From Octopus vulgaris (taxonomy: Eukaryota), in assembly GCA_951406725.2 (NCBI GenBank), contig OX597826.1, forward strand, positions 13,144,001-13,208,000: a DNA stretch of 64,000 nt, read 5' to 3'. The position numbers and the translations under genes were made by a program. Under the pieces are notes generated by a model. That model had not been told where the DNA came from, did no database searches, and saw nothing but the letters and a program-made list of their open reading frames with translations. Shown piece after piece: positions 27,561-42,140 of this stretch (the stretch's first letter is position 1; every line of letters starts with the position of its first letter).

Positions 27561-27956
27561 CATGTTTTCCAAATGTTTTCCAATGTTTTTTTGTTTTATT
27601 TCGGAATGCATAAGCAAAAAGATTTGCTTTTGCTCCCACGCGTGATGCGCGAGGTTCTTTTGGCCCTGAGTTTTATTAATGCTCAGTCAAAAGTAAGTGA
27701 GATAGGAAACGGTAACGGCTTAAATTAGAATGAGGCATTAGATGTTATAACTAGTATACGCGGAATGAAGAAGGTGTCACCTATATCACAACCAGTGAGA
27801 ATATTTGCTTCAATGCAGTTGCTCATAAGTGTGTGCAGAATTAGTGTTGTGCCGTTGCATAATTTTTGTTGAGGCAAATTAGGCACTGAATCAGGTACTT
27901 CTATTTTGCCGGAGAAAGGCAGAATTTCGATTATATATATATATGTATATATATAT

Positions 27957-28436
27957 ATTATATAAAAGGGCTTAGTAAAATAAATTATTTTGCCACATAC
28001 TGAACTCATTAGAAATAGTAGCTAAAAAACTTTTTTTAAAACTATTTCTAATACTTATAATTCATCTCTCTCATATAGTGCTTGCTCAATTCAACTCACG
28101 AAAGTATGGGGGTAAGACATTAAAAAATCAAATGCAAAGGTTATTTGAGAACGTTACGATTTCAGAAGATTAGAAGTCAAACTCGACATTTCTATCATCA
28201 GCTCAAGGAACTCCTTGAGTTTAGAAATGATTTGAAAACACTGAAACGTACGTTCTCAAATAACCTTTGCATTTGATTTTTTAATGTCTTTACCCCATAC
28301 TTTCGGCTTCTAATTGAGCAAGCTATATGAAGATTTTCTTTAAGTATTAGAAATAGTTTTAACAGTTTTTTTAGCTACTATTTCTAATGAGTTCAGTATG
28401 TGGCAAAGTAATTTATTTTACTCCCTTTTATATAAT
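27957..28436. repeat. ~480-bp imperfect palindrome (foldback) containing a hammerhead-like motif at 28145-28206 (minus strand)
   Basis: Arm 27957-28165 is the reverse complement of 28241-28436. Pairing continues inward to CTCAAGGA-ac-TCCTTGAG. Confidence 0.9.
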
Positions 28437-28526
28437 GTAATAATTTGAATTCGCCTTAAATGGTCCCTTTACATACTGAACACTTGGTGATATTGATTAA
28501 TAATTAATTAATTAATTTTACAATTG

Positions 28527-28562
<36 letters not shown>

Positions 28563-29530
28563 ATTAAATAAGGTCAAAATCGATATTAATCAATTAAAAT
28601 CATGGCCAGCATATTTAAAAAATCCTTGAAGATTAAAATATTATACATACAAAATTTAGAGGAGCATACCCTTTCGGACAGTCTATATCGCTTCTGAAGA
28701 TCTGCTCGAAATCGCCTAACGAAGTGTTCTCAAGAAAAAATTCAGCAAAAAACAAAAGTGTAAAAATTAGCAAGACAAATGATTATTTATATGTGTCTGT
28801 GTGTACGCATGTATGTATGTAAACATTCCACCATTGTACGATTTCTACACACTTTCTCTATACCTCACTGTTCTGTCTTTCTCTTTTCTTGCCTCTGATG
28901 CTTTGGTCTCCTCTTCCCCCACTTTCTCACATTTCTCTGTCTTTCTCTTTCACCACGTTCTCGTTGCCTCAATCGTGACGCATCTGTCCCCATCTTTCTT
29001 TTCCTCACGTGGCCATATTTCTTTTCTTGCTCGGACGTTCAAAAGAACGGTCCCTTGTCTTTGTCCCTCCTATCTTTTCTCCTTTCAAAAATAATATCCT
29101 TCGCCCCAGCTTTCACTATTTTCTACTCTACTCTCACGTGACCTGCTGGTCAACTAGCCTTTCAGCCGTTGACCGATGCCGTGTCAACACCGTTTTCTTC
29201 GTCTGCCGCAAAGGCATTTATTTCAAAATACGCCAGCTAAGATAAGTTAAATTGTCTGAAGTCGTAAGACAGCCGCTGTTTTTGTCCTGTTATTACCATT
29301 CTTGTTATAAATCCTAAATTTTATTTTAGAATTTATGGAATCGTCCAACTGTCTTTGACAGACTTATATTGTCATTGAATGCTCGAAGTGAGGAGTAGAT
29401 CGGACAACCTACAACTGATGAAGGGATCCTTTCTATGTGATTTACTTATCCTGTTTTCCATGTTTTTTCTCGCTGTTTACGTATTTCATGTTATTTGCAC
29501 CGTTGTTGACGTCTTGTACCCATATATGCT

Positions 29531-29579
<49 letters not shown>

Positions 29580-29583
29580 TATA

Positions 29584-29620
<37 letters not shown>

Positions 29621-29621
29621 G

Positions 29622-29654
<33 letters not shown>

Positions 29655-29666
29655 GCATATATATAT

Positions 29667-29733
<67 letters not shown>

Positions 29734-30481
29734 GACAGATAGATAGATAGATAGATAGATACAAACATGCATACATGCACACACAAACACACACACACAT
29801 ACATATATGTGTATGTGAATGTATATATGTATCATTTATAATTTAATTGAACGCCACGCATCCATTTGACAAGTTTATCTCCACCTTTTTGACGTGTCTC
29901 ATTACTGTTTTCTTCCTCCATTCTTCATTAATTCCCTTTTCCGTATATATTGCTTTTGTAACTAGGCGCGTATGCATGTGTTTCTCGGCGCTATTCTCTT
30001 AATTTTTTCTTTTTTAAAAGTATTTTGAAGTGATTGATAGTTGGCCAAGTAAACTTGCTGGTGTGTCCGTACTAAGTATGACTTTAAAAAGATTAACCCA
30101 CTTTCTGGGTTTAATCTTTTCCAATAGATATTTGTCACCGTAAGATTATCTGCTGAACCTGAACTTGAGTTCTTTGGTCTAACGACTCTCCATCTTCGTT
30201 TTCATTCGGTTTCCCTGTATGTCTCCACTCTCATGTTTTTGTTTCCAACTTTGACTCTCTATAAATCCTAAATTTTATTTTAGAATTTATGGAAGCAACT
30301 GTCTTTGAAGACTTATATTGTCATTGAATGCTCGAAGTGAGGAGTAGATAGACAACCTACAACTGATGAAGGGTCCTTTCTATGTGTTTACTTATCCTGT
30401 TTTCCATGCCTAGGTTTTTCTCGCTGTTTACGTATTTCATGTTATTTGCACCGTTGTTGACGTCTTGTACTCATATATGAT

Positions 30482-30512
<31 letters not shown>

Positions 30513-30536
30513 TCATAGACAGGCAGGCATATATAT

Positions 30537-30573
<37 letters not shown>

Positions 30574-30583
30574 TAGACAGACA

Positions 30584-30687
<104 letters not shown>

Positions 30688-31410
30688 GAGAGAGAGAGAG
30701 AGAGAGAGTATAAACGTGCATGTTTACATTGAAAGGTGCATACATATTTGTTGTAATTATGAGATTTTATATATTTTAATCTGTACGGGATTTCACTTTG
30801 TCTTACAGAAAATATATTTGTCCATGTATCAGTTTAATACATCCGGAAAAGGAATTTTATTTCGTGTGTCCGTATATATTGCTTTTGTAACTAGGCGCGT
30901 ATGCATGTGTTTCTCGGCGCTATTCTGCATTATGTACACAGATATATATTGTCGCCTTGAACCAGATGCATGCACAGTTAGATAATAAAAGCTGGGTTGA
31001 TATTTAAATATATTTGGTAAAAGTTCTGCTGCTGGTAACGGGATTGATTATGGTGCAATAGATATTTGTCACCGTAAGATTATCTGCTGAACCTGAACTT
31101 GAGTAGATCTAAAATCTAAGGTTTCCCATCTCATGTTTTATTTAGGACTACATTATACACACACTCATACATATTCCTACCCACTAAGATACGGGTATGC
31201 ATATTTATACGTTTATGCTAATAAGCAATGTACATATTCACACATCTTCATTTACTATTTTATTCAAATACGTGTACATATTCACGTATATATGTATATA
31301 TACATGCATTATGTTTTTATGCGCCCTTTTCAAGCCTAGGTAGGCTCATGGGCCCGGTTTCCCGGTTTCTGTTATTTGCACGTTGGTGACGTCTTGTACT
31401 CATATATGAT

Positions 31411-31441
<31 letters not shown>

Positions 31442-31457
31442 TCATAGACAGGCAGGC

Positions 31458-31537
<80 letters not shown>

Positions 31538-32096
31538 TGATACATAGTCCATCGCAGCGTTACTCAAGAAGCAGGAAGAAAGTGTGAGTTTCAATTCCTG
31601 AACCAGGTGATGCAATATGGTCATAAACACCTCATCTCTCGTTACCCTGAGATCACTTCAACACATGATGTGTGTTACACCCTATACATGTTTAGGCAAT
31701 GTCCTTTTGATGGAGGGAGTGCCCTAACTGCTGGGCCATTGCGCCTCCGCACATGCATTATGTACACAGATATATATTGTCGCCTTGAACCAGATGCATG
31801 CACAGTTAGATAATAAAAGCTGGGTTGATATTTAAATATATTTGGTAAAAGTTCTGCTGGTAACGGGATTGATTATGGTGCGAAATGTGTTTAGTGTTCT
31901 TCAGCAATCAATATCCATTTTGTAATATTTTCTTCATTAAAATAATTGTTCCATGTTTTATTTAGGACTACATTATCCAATCTGCTCTCACTCTTTTAAA
32001 ATGATATTGTGCAATTTGAGGGAGGTGTGAATGCTACCTTTTAATTGGCAGTGTTTTTCCTGGTTTTGCGAAACTTGGCCTGTCACGCTTGGTATT

Positions 32097-32142
<46 letters not shown>

Positions 32143-32143
32143 T

Positions 32144-32189
<46 letters not shown>

Positions 32190-32284
32190 TCGCTTTTCAC
32201 GCGAAAACAGCTGCGCGAATTGGTTCAATACTTGGTATGCATAAATAATTTGACCTCGGATACTTAATACAGAGAGAGAGAGAG

Positions 32285-32318
<34 letters not shown>

Positions 32319-32868
32319 TTTGAGGGCGTATTGCCTTGTGGTCTGGGTGTTGCACTCATGATCGCAAGTTCGTGGTTTCAATTCCTGAACCAGGTGATGC
32401 AATATGGTCATAAACACCTCATCTCTCGTTACCCTGAGATCACTTCAACACATGATGTGTGTTACACCCTATACATGTTTAGGCAATGTCCTTTTGATGG
32501 AGGGAGTGTGCTAATGCGCAGTACATACATCTGATCACAATAAACAAATCATTTGGACAGGCAAGAGTTAAGACATAAAACGGAAGAAACAAGAAACAAA
32601 CGTGGAACCAGAATAGAAGATCGATGATTTTATTTATCTGACAAAAATATATAGCAATCAATATCCATTTTGTAATATTTTCTTCATTAAAATAATTGTT
32701 CCTTTATTGACACTCTTCACATCCATTGGACACATAAAATATAAAGAAGGAAGCGTATCTGAAGCTTGCAAAAAAGGGGAATTTATCGAGATGATGGCAG
32801 TATAAGTTTCGTTCCAAATCACAAATAATACATAGTATGGACGTGTAAATTTATCTACTTATATATAT

Positions 32869-32902
<34 letters not shown>

Positions 32903-33069
32903 TTGAGTGCTTATGTGTGTATGTGTGTAATCTTTTATGTCAATGTCCCTCGACGTCTGTTGGATTCGAAGGGCACTGTTGTGATGCAGACAATGTCTAA
33001 GGCATTTTAAACCTGGCGGAGTCAATCCCTCTTCAGGTTCGACTACAGCCGATTCCTTCATTTCAGAGA

Positions 33070-33111
<42 letters not shown>

Positions 33112-33378
33112 TCACAAGAGTTTATAGTTGCCGGTTTTAACAGAGAGTGAGAGAAAGGATGTGTGAATGGATTTGAGGGAGAGAAAAATCTGGGTTTGCG
33201 AGAGAACGATAATGTAAAGGAGACACACACACACACACACACACACACAGTACTTCTATGCATATATGCATGTATCGTATGTATGTATACATGTATGTGA
33301 TTTATGTATGTATCTATCTATCTATACACACACACACCCACACACACACACCCACACACACACACACACACACACATC

Positions 33379-33420
<42 letters not shown>

Positions 33421-33983
33421 TCATTTATGCTCTGATAGTCCGTGCATGTGTGTAAGAGTACAAGTATAGGCGTGTATGTGAATGTGTGCTAAAGTGTGTA
33501 TTTCTGTGTGAAAGATTCAAGACCAACGGTGTATAAAAATTCGTTAGATGTATCTTTTGAAATCTAAATTCTCTCATTTAACATGGTTAATGAAATGCCC
33601 AGACAGCTCCGACATAACTGTGTGTATATTTGCGTGTTTCTTTTAGCGTGCGCCTAGGATCAAGTAAAAATAAATAAATAAATAAAAAAATTTTATCTAC
33701 ATCTTCTTTAAAACACATATTTGAAAGAAATGCGATGTTGGGATGCACAGTTTTTTCACAAGAGTTTATAGTTGCCGGTTTTAACAGAACTAGAATATGT
33801 GTCAGGGTCTCAGCTTACTAGAATCTGGGTTTGCGCCACAAGCAGTGAACGATAATGTAAATCCGTATGCTTACACACACACACACACACACACACACGT
33901 ACGTATCTATGCATATATGCATGTATGTATGTATGTATACATGTATGTATTTATGTATGTATCTATCTATCTATACACACACA

Positions 33984-34090
<107 letters not shown>

Positions 34091-34729
34091 TCAATGGGTA
34101 CGCAGATGATTATATGTACATAGATAAGTAAGGCAAACATTTCCCACCCATATAAATGCAAGGTTACATATGAAACCCGAACGCCGTTGAGATAAAAACA
34201 ACGGATCGAATTACTGGATTACAAATCCATAATCCCATTACTTTTCTCGAATCGAGAGAGAGAGGAAAAAGAAAAAGAAAGAAAGAAAGAAAAGAAAAGA
34301 GGAAAAGGAAAGAAAGCAACGAAGATTGTTAGCTAGATAGATAGCTTGCTAGAGATAAAAAAAAAACATATCAAGGCATATGTCACTAAAAAATGATAAG
34401 CGATCATATAACCACTGATTTATATGTTGATAAGTTCCAATTTGGCTCAAGATTTGCTAAATAAAAATTTTTTAAGAAAATACTACGCATTGCTAAATAG
34501 TAAGGACTTACTGAATTGCAGATTAAAGTTTCCTTGATTTTTCGTTCGAAAGCCGTCTTTACTCGTGTACAATGCGATTATATTGAGATTCACATACGAG
34601 TGTAATGCGAGCTTAATGATCTTTTCACTTTTTGTACTTAAAAATCAGGTATATATTATCTCTTTTTTTTACCTGCTCTCGAATATAATGGTTACCCAAC
34701 CTAATTATGCACCTGATGCTTTCCTTTAA

Positions 34730-34936
34730 CCATTTAGCGTTCAAACAGGCCATATTTGACCTGTTTTAGGCTAAAATTTGGCCTGATCTGGCTTCGCCTC
34801 TCACACCTACCCTGCAATGTTATTCTAAACAATCACATCATTGAAACCAAGAAACTTAGAGATAATGAATAATGAATTTGAAACAATGTGAATAAATAAG
34901 CATTACAATTGACAAATTAATCTGAATGCCAAAGGG
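34730..34936. mobile_element. piggyBac-type MITE
   Basis: TTAA on both sides. TIRs CCATTTAGCGTTCA / TGAATGCCAAAGGG. Confidence 0.7.
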
Positions 34937-35397
34937 TTAAATTTCTCGCATTTTACGCAAGAAATCTTCACAATTACGAAATGTGAATGCCTGTAAGTGA
35001 CCCGGATCGAGCAGATCTTTGATGAAATACATTCCATTTCCGACCATCTCGCATAATAAGACACGATTGTTTCCCCATAGGACAACGGATTTAGGATCAC
35101 ATTATCCAACGTCGCCTTCATTTTTCAGGAAGATATTTGTCAGCTATTTTTAGTTTGTTGAGAGACTACAAAGTGTCCCTAGCGTATTTTATACCTAGAT
35201 ACTAAAGATATGTTATACATTGCAGCGTGGTTAAGAAGCTCACTTCACAACCACATGATTTTGGGTTCAGTCCTACTGCACGGCATCTGTGGCAAGTGTC
35301 TTCTACTATAGCCTCGGCCGTCTAATGCCTTGTAAGTGAATTTGGAAGACGGAAACTACGTGGAAGCCCGTTGTATACATACACACATACATGCATA

Positions 35398-35435
<38 letters not shown>

Positions 35436-36344
35436 CCACCGCTTAACGACTGATACTGGTTTGTTTTATTCGCACAACTTAGCGGTTCGGCAAAATAGCC
35501 CCAAAGAATAAATTCCAGATTTAAAAATAAGCACTGGTGTTAGTTTGTCAGATTTAAGCCCTTCAGAAATATACTCCAGCATGGCCGCACTCTAATGACT
35601 CAAACAATTAAAAGATAAGCAGTAGTAACTGGAACAGGGCACTGGAAGCGCCATTCTCCGGGGGAAACACCCTTTTCGTTCTGTCTACTGGAACCATGGG
35701 GCAGTTTGACTAACAGGAAATTGTACTTTCCACTCATTAAATACTTAGATCCACGCAATAATTTATAGTCAGAGAGACAGCATTGAAAGAAATAAGTTCT
35801 TTTCTAGGCACAAGTGAAAAGCTGTATCTAGTTAAGTAGATTAAAATGCCAGCGTTATGTTAGCACTAAGAGGATCGCAAAGGAACTGCATGTTATCTCT
35901 TACATTTTATATATACTTTTAAACTATTCAGACCCAATTCTCTTGGACTTACACAACACGGGACATATGATTATAAAGTATTTGGTCTGCTTGTAGTGCG
36001 TGGTTCAAGCCCTCAAGAGAATCTAAACCATGGCAGAATTGTTCAAAATATGTCTTTGTTTAGCCAGTTCCGTTGCTAGGAACACAACCGTTTATTTCGT
36101 TATTTACAGGTGGAAATCGAGGAAATTCTTCGTTTTATAAATAGACATCTTTCTATTTTGATGTAGTTGTGTAACGGAGGCTGCAAATTCAATGTTAGAG
36201 AGAGAGAAAGAAAGGAAGAAAGAAAGAAAGAGAGTGAGAGAGAGAGAAAGAGAGAAAACGAAACAGACACACACACACACACACACATACACATATATAT
36301 ACAAACACACGCACAAGTATATACGCATACATATATTATTTATG

Positions 36345-36622
36345 TGGAGGCGCAATGGCCCAGTGGTTAGGGCAGCGGACTCGCAGTCGTCGGATCGCGG
36401 TTTCGATTCCCAGGCCTGGCGTTGTGAGTGTTTATTGAGCGAAAACACCTAAAGCTCCACGAGGCTCCAGCAGGGGGTGGTGGCGACCCCTATTGTACTC
36501 TTTCGCCACAACTTTCTCTCACTCTTTCCTCTGTTGGCCTGCGGGGTGGCGTCATTTAAAGGCTAAAGCAATGCGAAGTGCGTTGTGACCAGCGATGTGC
36601 AGCAACTTCTGATAGCCTGGTC
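36345..36622 (+). mobile_element. SINE family C
   Basis: Homologous to 6048-6318. Confidence 0.82.
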
Positions 36623-38400
36623 GAAGAAGAATAAAGAAGAATATTATTTATACACACACATACACACACACATACACACACATACACACACACACATACA
36701 CACACGATCAATAAACTAACTTGGGTCGCCCTTGTATTTTGCAAACTGACAACAGCTGATCATGAATGTATTTTTTCTAACCCTGAAGTGGAAGCTTTGG
36801 CTTTCGGACAGTCATGGCCAAACTGCGGCCCACGGGATATTCCGAAAAGCACGCCTAATGAGAAATGATCTTGATATTGTTTTCAGTAGTGTAGCCTGCC
36901 GGTTGATGATTCATGTTTCATGCAGCCCGCTTTCCATAAAAGGCTCCTCATGTCTGCTCTAGGAAATACAATTTTAGCAATATTTCAGACACGTGGTTAC
37001 CATGAAAACTCATTAGATCTGTCTAGCATCCGTCGTGCCTTTAAGTTCAGTTGTGGGCTGTTCATGAGTAAGGCGGTGCTAATGTTTTCTCGATTTGAAC
37101 AGTGACTTTGAGAGGGAGACTAAGTTGTTGCGGTTCCACTGAAGGATGTTTGCAATGTCTGTGTGAGATTTCAAGCTGTGTATGGACGGCAGCCAAATGA
37201 AAAAAAATAATTATAAGGACTGGATGGGGTCTTGATATTTATATACTGGACAGGGATTTGTGTCGTTTGAATTAACTGTGAGAAGGTAATTAATATATAA
37301 AAGAAAGTGTGTAGGAGACTTGATAGATTTATGAGGTGCAACAAAGCGGTCTGATCGGAAATTTCCAATCTGATATGTAGCAGATGAACAGAAGTGATAG
37401 GTGGGTTACGTAGACAAGGTGGACGGCTTTGCTGATGTAAAGGTTAACGGCACTTCATTCACTAAAATACCGAAGGAGAGAAACCATTTCTTTTTATGTA
37501 GAAAAGTATATTTCCGTTTGGACTTATTTGCAAAACACATGCATGTGGTAACATACCATTTTATCTTATAAAAACGAAAGAATTTTTAAGGCTAATGAAA
37601 ATAAACTCAATATTTTTTTAATGTAATTTAAAATTACTATCTGGGTCTGTTATTAAACAGCGTAGGATAGAACCAACGAACAAATGTCATCTAACGTAAA
37701 ATATGAATGAATTTTTAATAAAGGAATTTTGTGAAATGATATCAGTGTTTGTGTATGCGTGTGGCGGTTCTTTTCAGCAAAGTTGGCTGGGATAGAAGCG
37801 GCAACTAGTGTTGGAAATAAACGATTTTTTTTTTTTTAGATGGGAATGAATAAAACGTTTTATGACATTTCAAAGATAAAACTGTTGGGATTTTTTTTTA
37901 AAAAATGTCTTAGGGGACAAAGAAGTTTCTTTTCTTTTATTTTCATGGATGAAACTTTTGTAAAGAAAACATAAACAATTCCTTATCTACGCCATTCCAA
38001 GAAGGGAAAGAAAAATATCTTAAGTGTTGTCAGAACATGAATGGGTAGCAATGAAAAAAATAAAAATGTTTGATTCGAATGAAAAGCAAGAAATCACTCC
38101 TCCTTTTCCTGTGTAGTGGAAAATTAAAATGTGAATTTCGAGAAAGATTTAATTGTGAAAGCGATAAAGTGTTTTAAGAATTAACATATGCCAGTCTTTC
38201 GTTTGAAGTAAGGATTCGTTGGTATTCAAATATAAATGTTCGGTATTAATTACCGCAAATGCGTGCACACACATACACACGTTCATACACACACTGCATA
38301 TAGATACACGCACACTCATGTATATATATATATGTATATGTATGTATGTGGTGCTATTAAGTTAGGCATAGCCTGGGTAATGTTGGCCGAAACTTATCTA

Positions 38401-38474
<74 letters not shown>

Positions 38475-38660
38475 CGCGCGCGTGTGTGTATAGGGATTAA
38501 GGATTGCGGTGTAAGTAGGACTTAGCTTTCGTTTTAGATTTATTTGGAAACAAAACATCTTTGTTCAGTTATCCATTTTTAAAGAAACATGTTCATATCA
38601 TTTAATGATATATATTTTCGGCTGTCTTTTGTGAGAAACTGTTTACGATATGTTTAAGCA

Positions 38661-38709
<49 letters not shown>

Positions 38710-38726
38710 ATATATATGTGTGTGTA

Positions 38727-38769
<43 letters not shown>

Positions 38770-40139
38770 GTGTGTGTGTGTGTGTATATATATATGTATG
38801 TAGGTATTGTACATATATATATATAGATGCTTGAATTTGTGTACCTTCGCGCAGGAGTGTCTGCCTGTATGTATATACTTTATAACAGAGAATAAACCGC
38901 CTTTGTTATAAGATGTCGAGTAAAAGAAGAAACCTTTTATATGAATATAAGAATTGTAAATCCCAAGGTGATATTCCCTTTAAAATTCTTTATAAGTAAC
39001 CATTGTTGGAGAAAAGACAAACAAAATTAAAAACATGTTGAAAACCTCAAGTCATTTTAATGTATAACAAGTGTGGAAGATATTATTTGTACATCAGTTT
39101 GTCTGTTATACTGGTTACAATTTTAATAAATTAAACATTCAAATGAAAATTAACCAAATATATAAAAAAAAAAAACTAATATGGAAGCATTTAAAAAAAC
39201 TGCCATTATACAAAGCTTGAATGGAACAAGTGTAAATACAAATACGCTCGCATAGACAGGGTTGCACATATATTTAAAAGAGCACAAAGACACACAGACG
39301 CATATACAGACATGCGCAGTGGTTAGTAACCTCCTGCATAAAAAATAAGCAGAAATTCCACACATCACAGATAACAGAAGTATTTGAATGGAAAGGTTTG
39401 GAAGATCATTAAGAAGTGTGATGGTACTGTGCCGACTAGATTACTTTCTGTACATTTAGTGCGGTTTACACACACACACGCACACACACACACGCACACA
39501 CACACACACATGTGCATATATATGGGTTTGTTCATAATTTTACAATATAGGCACACAGTTTCGATGAAGCGTTTCATCAGAGAAGTTTATATATATACAT
39601 ATATACATATACATACATACATATATATATATATTTATTATATATATATACTCAAAATAAGCAACAAGTATATCTTCGGTAATTTGGTACGATCGTTTCA
39701 TGCTACTTCATTTTATTAAACATTGTAAGTATTACATCAGTTTTTAAATGTTGATATATATATATATATGATATGTTAATGTAGTGTAGGACATTTTGCT
39801 ATAAGATGAGTGTGCAAAGGAGTGTTCTGGTGAAGCTGATACAATGCTGGTCTCAGACCAGTGTTCTATCAATTCTCAGTTGTGCCCAACGCATATTACG
39901 GTACTTCGATTTCAGTCCTGACCCGAAGACCCTACATCGTATTGTATGAAGGCTAAACATTTTGTGTAATGTTATAGGTTTTTAACAATAATTAGTATTG
40001 ATTGTATCAAACCCTGGATGGGTGACAGCTAAGGTTGTCATCAGTGTAATCGGAACTCAAAACGTAAAGTAATAAACCTAAACACTATGAAACCCATTCA
40101 TTCTGTAATTACGCAATCAACTTGCAATGATATCTAATT

Positions 40140-40556
40140 AAGGCGGTGAGCTGGCAGAAACGTTAGCACGCCGGGTGAAATGCTTAGCGGTATTTCGTCT
40201 GCCGCTACGTTCTGAGTTCAAATTCCGCCGAGATCTACTTTGCCTTTCATCTTTTCGGGGTCGATAAATTAAGTACCAGTTACGCACTGGGGTCGATATA
40301 ATCTACTTAAAAGCTATATCTGTCCTTGTTTGTCCCTTCTATGTTTAGCCCCTTGTGGATAATAAAGAAATAGGTATTTCGTCTGCCGCTACGTTCTGAG
40401 TTCAAATTCCGCCGAGGTCGACTTTGCCTTTCATCCTTTCGTGGTCGATTAAATAAGTACCAGTTATGCACTGGGGTCGATTATATCGACTTAATTCGTT
40501 TGTCTGTCCTTGTTTGTTCTTTCTGTGTTTAGCCCCTTGTGGGTAGTAAAGAAATA
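40140..40556 (+). mobile_element. SINE family B dimer
   Basis: One head plus two bodies joined at AAAGAAATAGGTATTTCG. Confidence 0.9.
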
Positions 40557-41039
40557 GATATCTAATTAACATTTATCGTAATTAATTACGAGTAAATGTA
40601 AAAATTGTTGTTTCCAGGATCAACTCTAATCCTGTGAATTTATGCTAATAGGTATTGCAAACATGACCATCTAGTCGATTTTGTTCAGACATGATATCAT
40701 GAAGTAGGCTATGGACTACCTTATAAAATGTATCCTGCGTGATGTGATGGTAACTCCGCTAGTAGATCGAAACACCGCGTATCTTTGTCAGGGGGTGCTT
40801 ATCGTAGTAGATGCAGTAAAATGTTTTGGTGAAGTTTAGATATATGCAGAGGCAGGTGTATTCGAACGTGGATTATTTTGTACGTAATTATGGTGGGAAT
40901 TAGATTGAAAAAGACGATATGCAAATGATAAGCGGAAACTTGTTCAGAATTAGTGGTGGTGGTGGTGGTGGTATTGGTGGTGGTGGTGGTGATGTAATTG
41001 GAATATGTGCCAGTGAATGTACTAGTGAAAACAAAGCAT

Positions 41040-41053
41040 GAATAATAATAATC

Positions 41054-41124
<71 letters not shown>

Positions 41125-41134
41125 AATAAAAATA

Positions 41135-41223
<89 letters not shown>

Positions 41224-41229
41224 AATAAA

Positions 41230-41310
<81 letters not shown>

Positions 41311-41320
41311 AATAAAAATA

Positions 41321-41391
<71 letters not shown>

Positions 41392-41397
41392 AATAAA

Positions 41398-41471
<74 letters not shown>

Positions 41472-41476
41472 AAATA

Positions 41477-41559
<83 letters not shown>

Positions 41560-41569
41560 AATAAAAATA

Positions 41570-41637
<68 letters not shown>

Positions 41638-41647
41638 AATAAAAATA

Positions 41648-41727
<80 letters not shown>

Positions 41728-41737
41728 AATAAAAATA

Positions 41738-41799
<62 letters not shown>

Positions 41800-41805
41800 A
41801 ATAAA

Positions 41806-41886
<81 letters not shown>

Positions 41887-41896
41887 AATAAAAATA

Positions 41897-41988
<92 letters not shown>

Positions 41989-41998
41989 AATAAAAATA

Positions 41999-42066
<68 letters not shown>

Positions 42067-42094
42067 AATAAAAATAATAATGATAATGATAATG

Positions 42095-42140
<46 letters not shown>
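41040..42140. repeat. (AAT)n-derived higher-order minisatellite with regularly placed GAT and AAA interruptions
   Basis: Recurrent block (AAT)n-GAT-AAT-GAT-AAT-AAT-AAA-AAT-AAT-AAT-GAT-AAT-GAT-AAT-GAT. Confidence 0.95.

Noticed and set aside
39552-39585. Minus-strand CTGATGA...GAAAC
   Set aside because: No stem II or stem I. The core is itself sequestered in a GATGAA/TTCATC hairpin.
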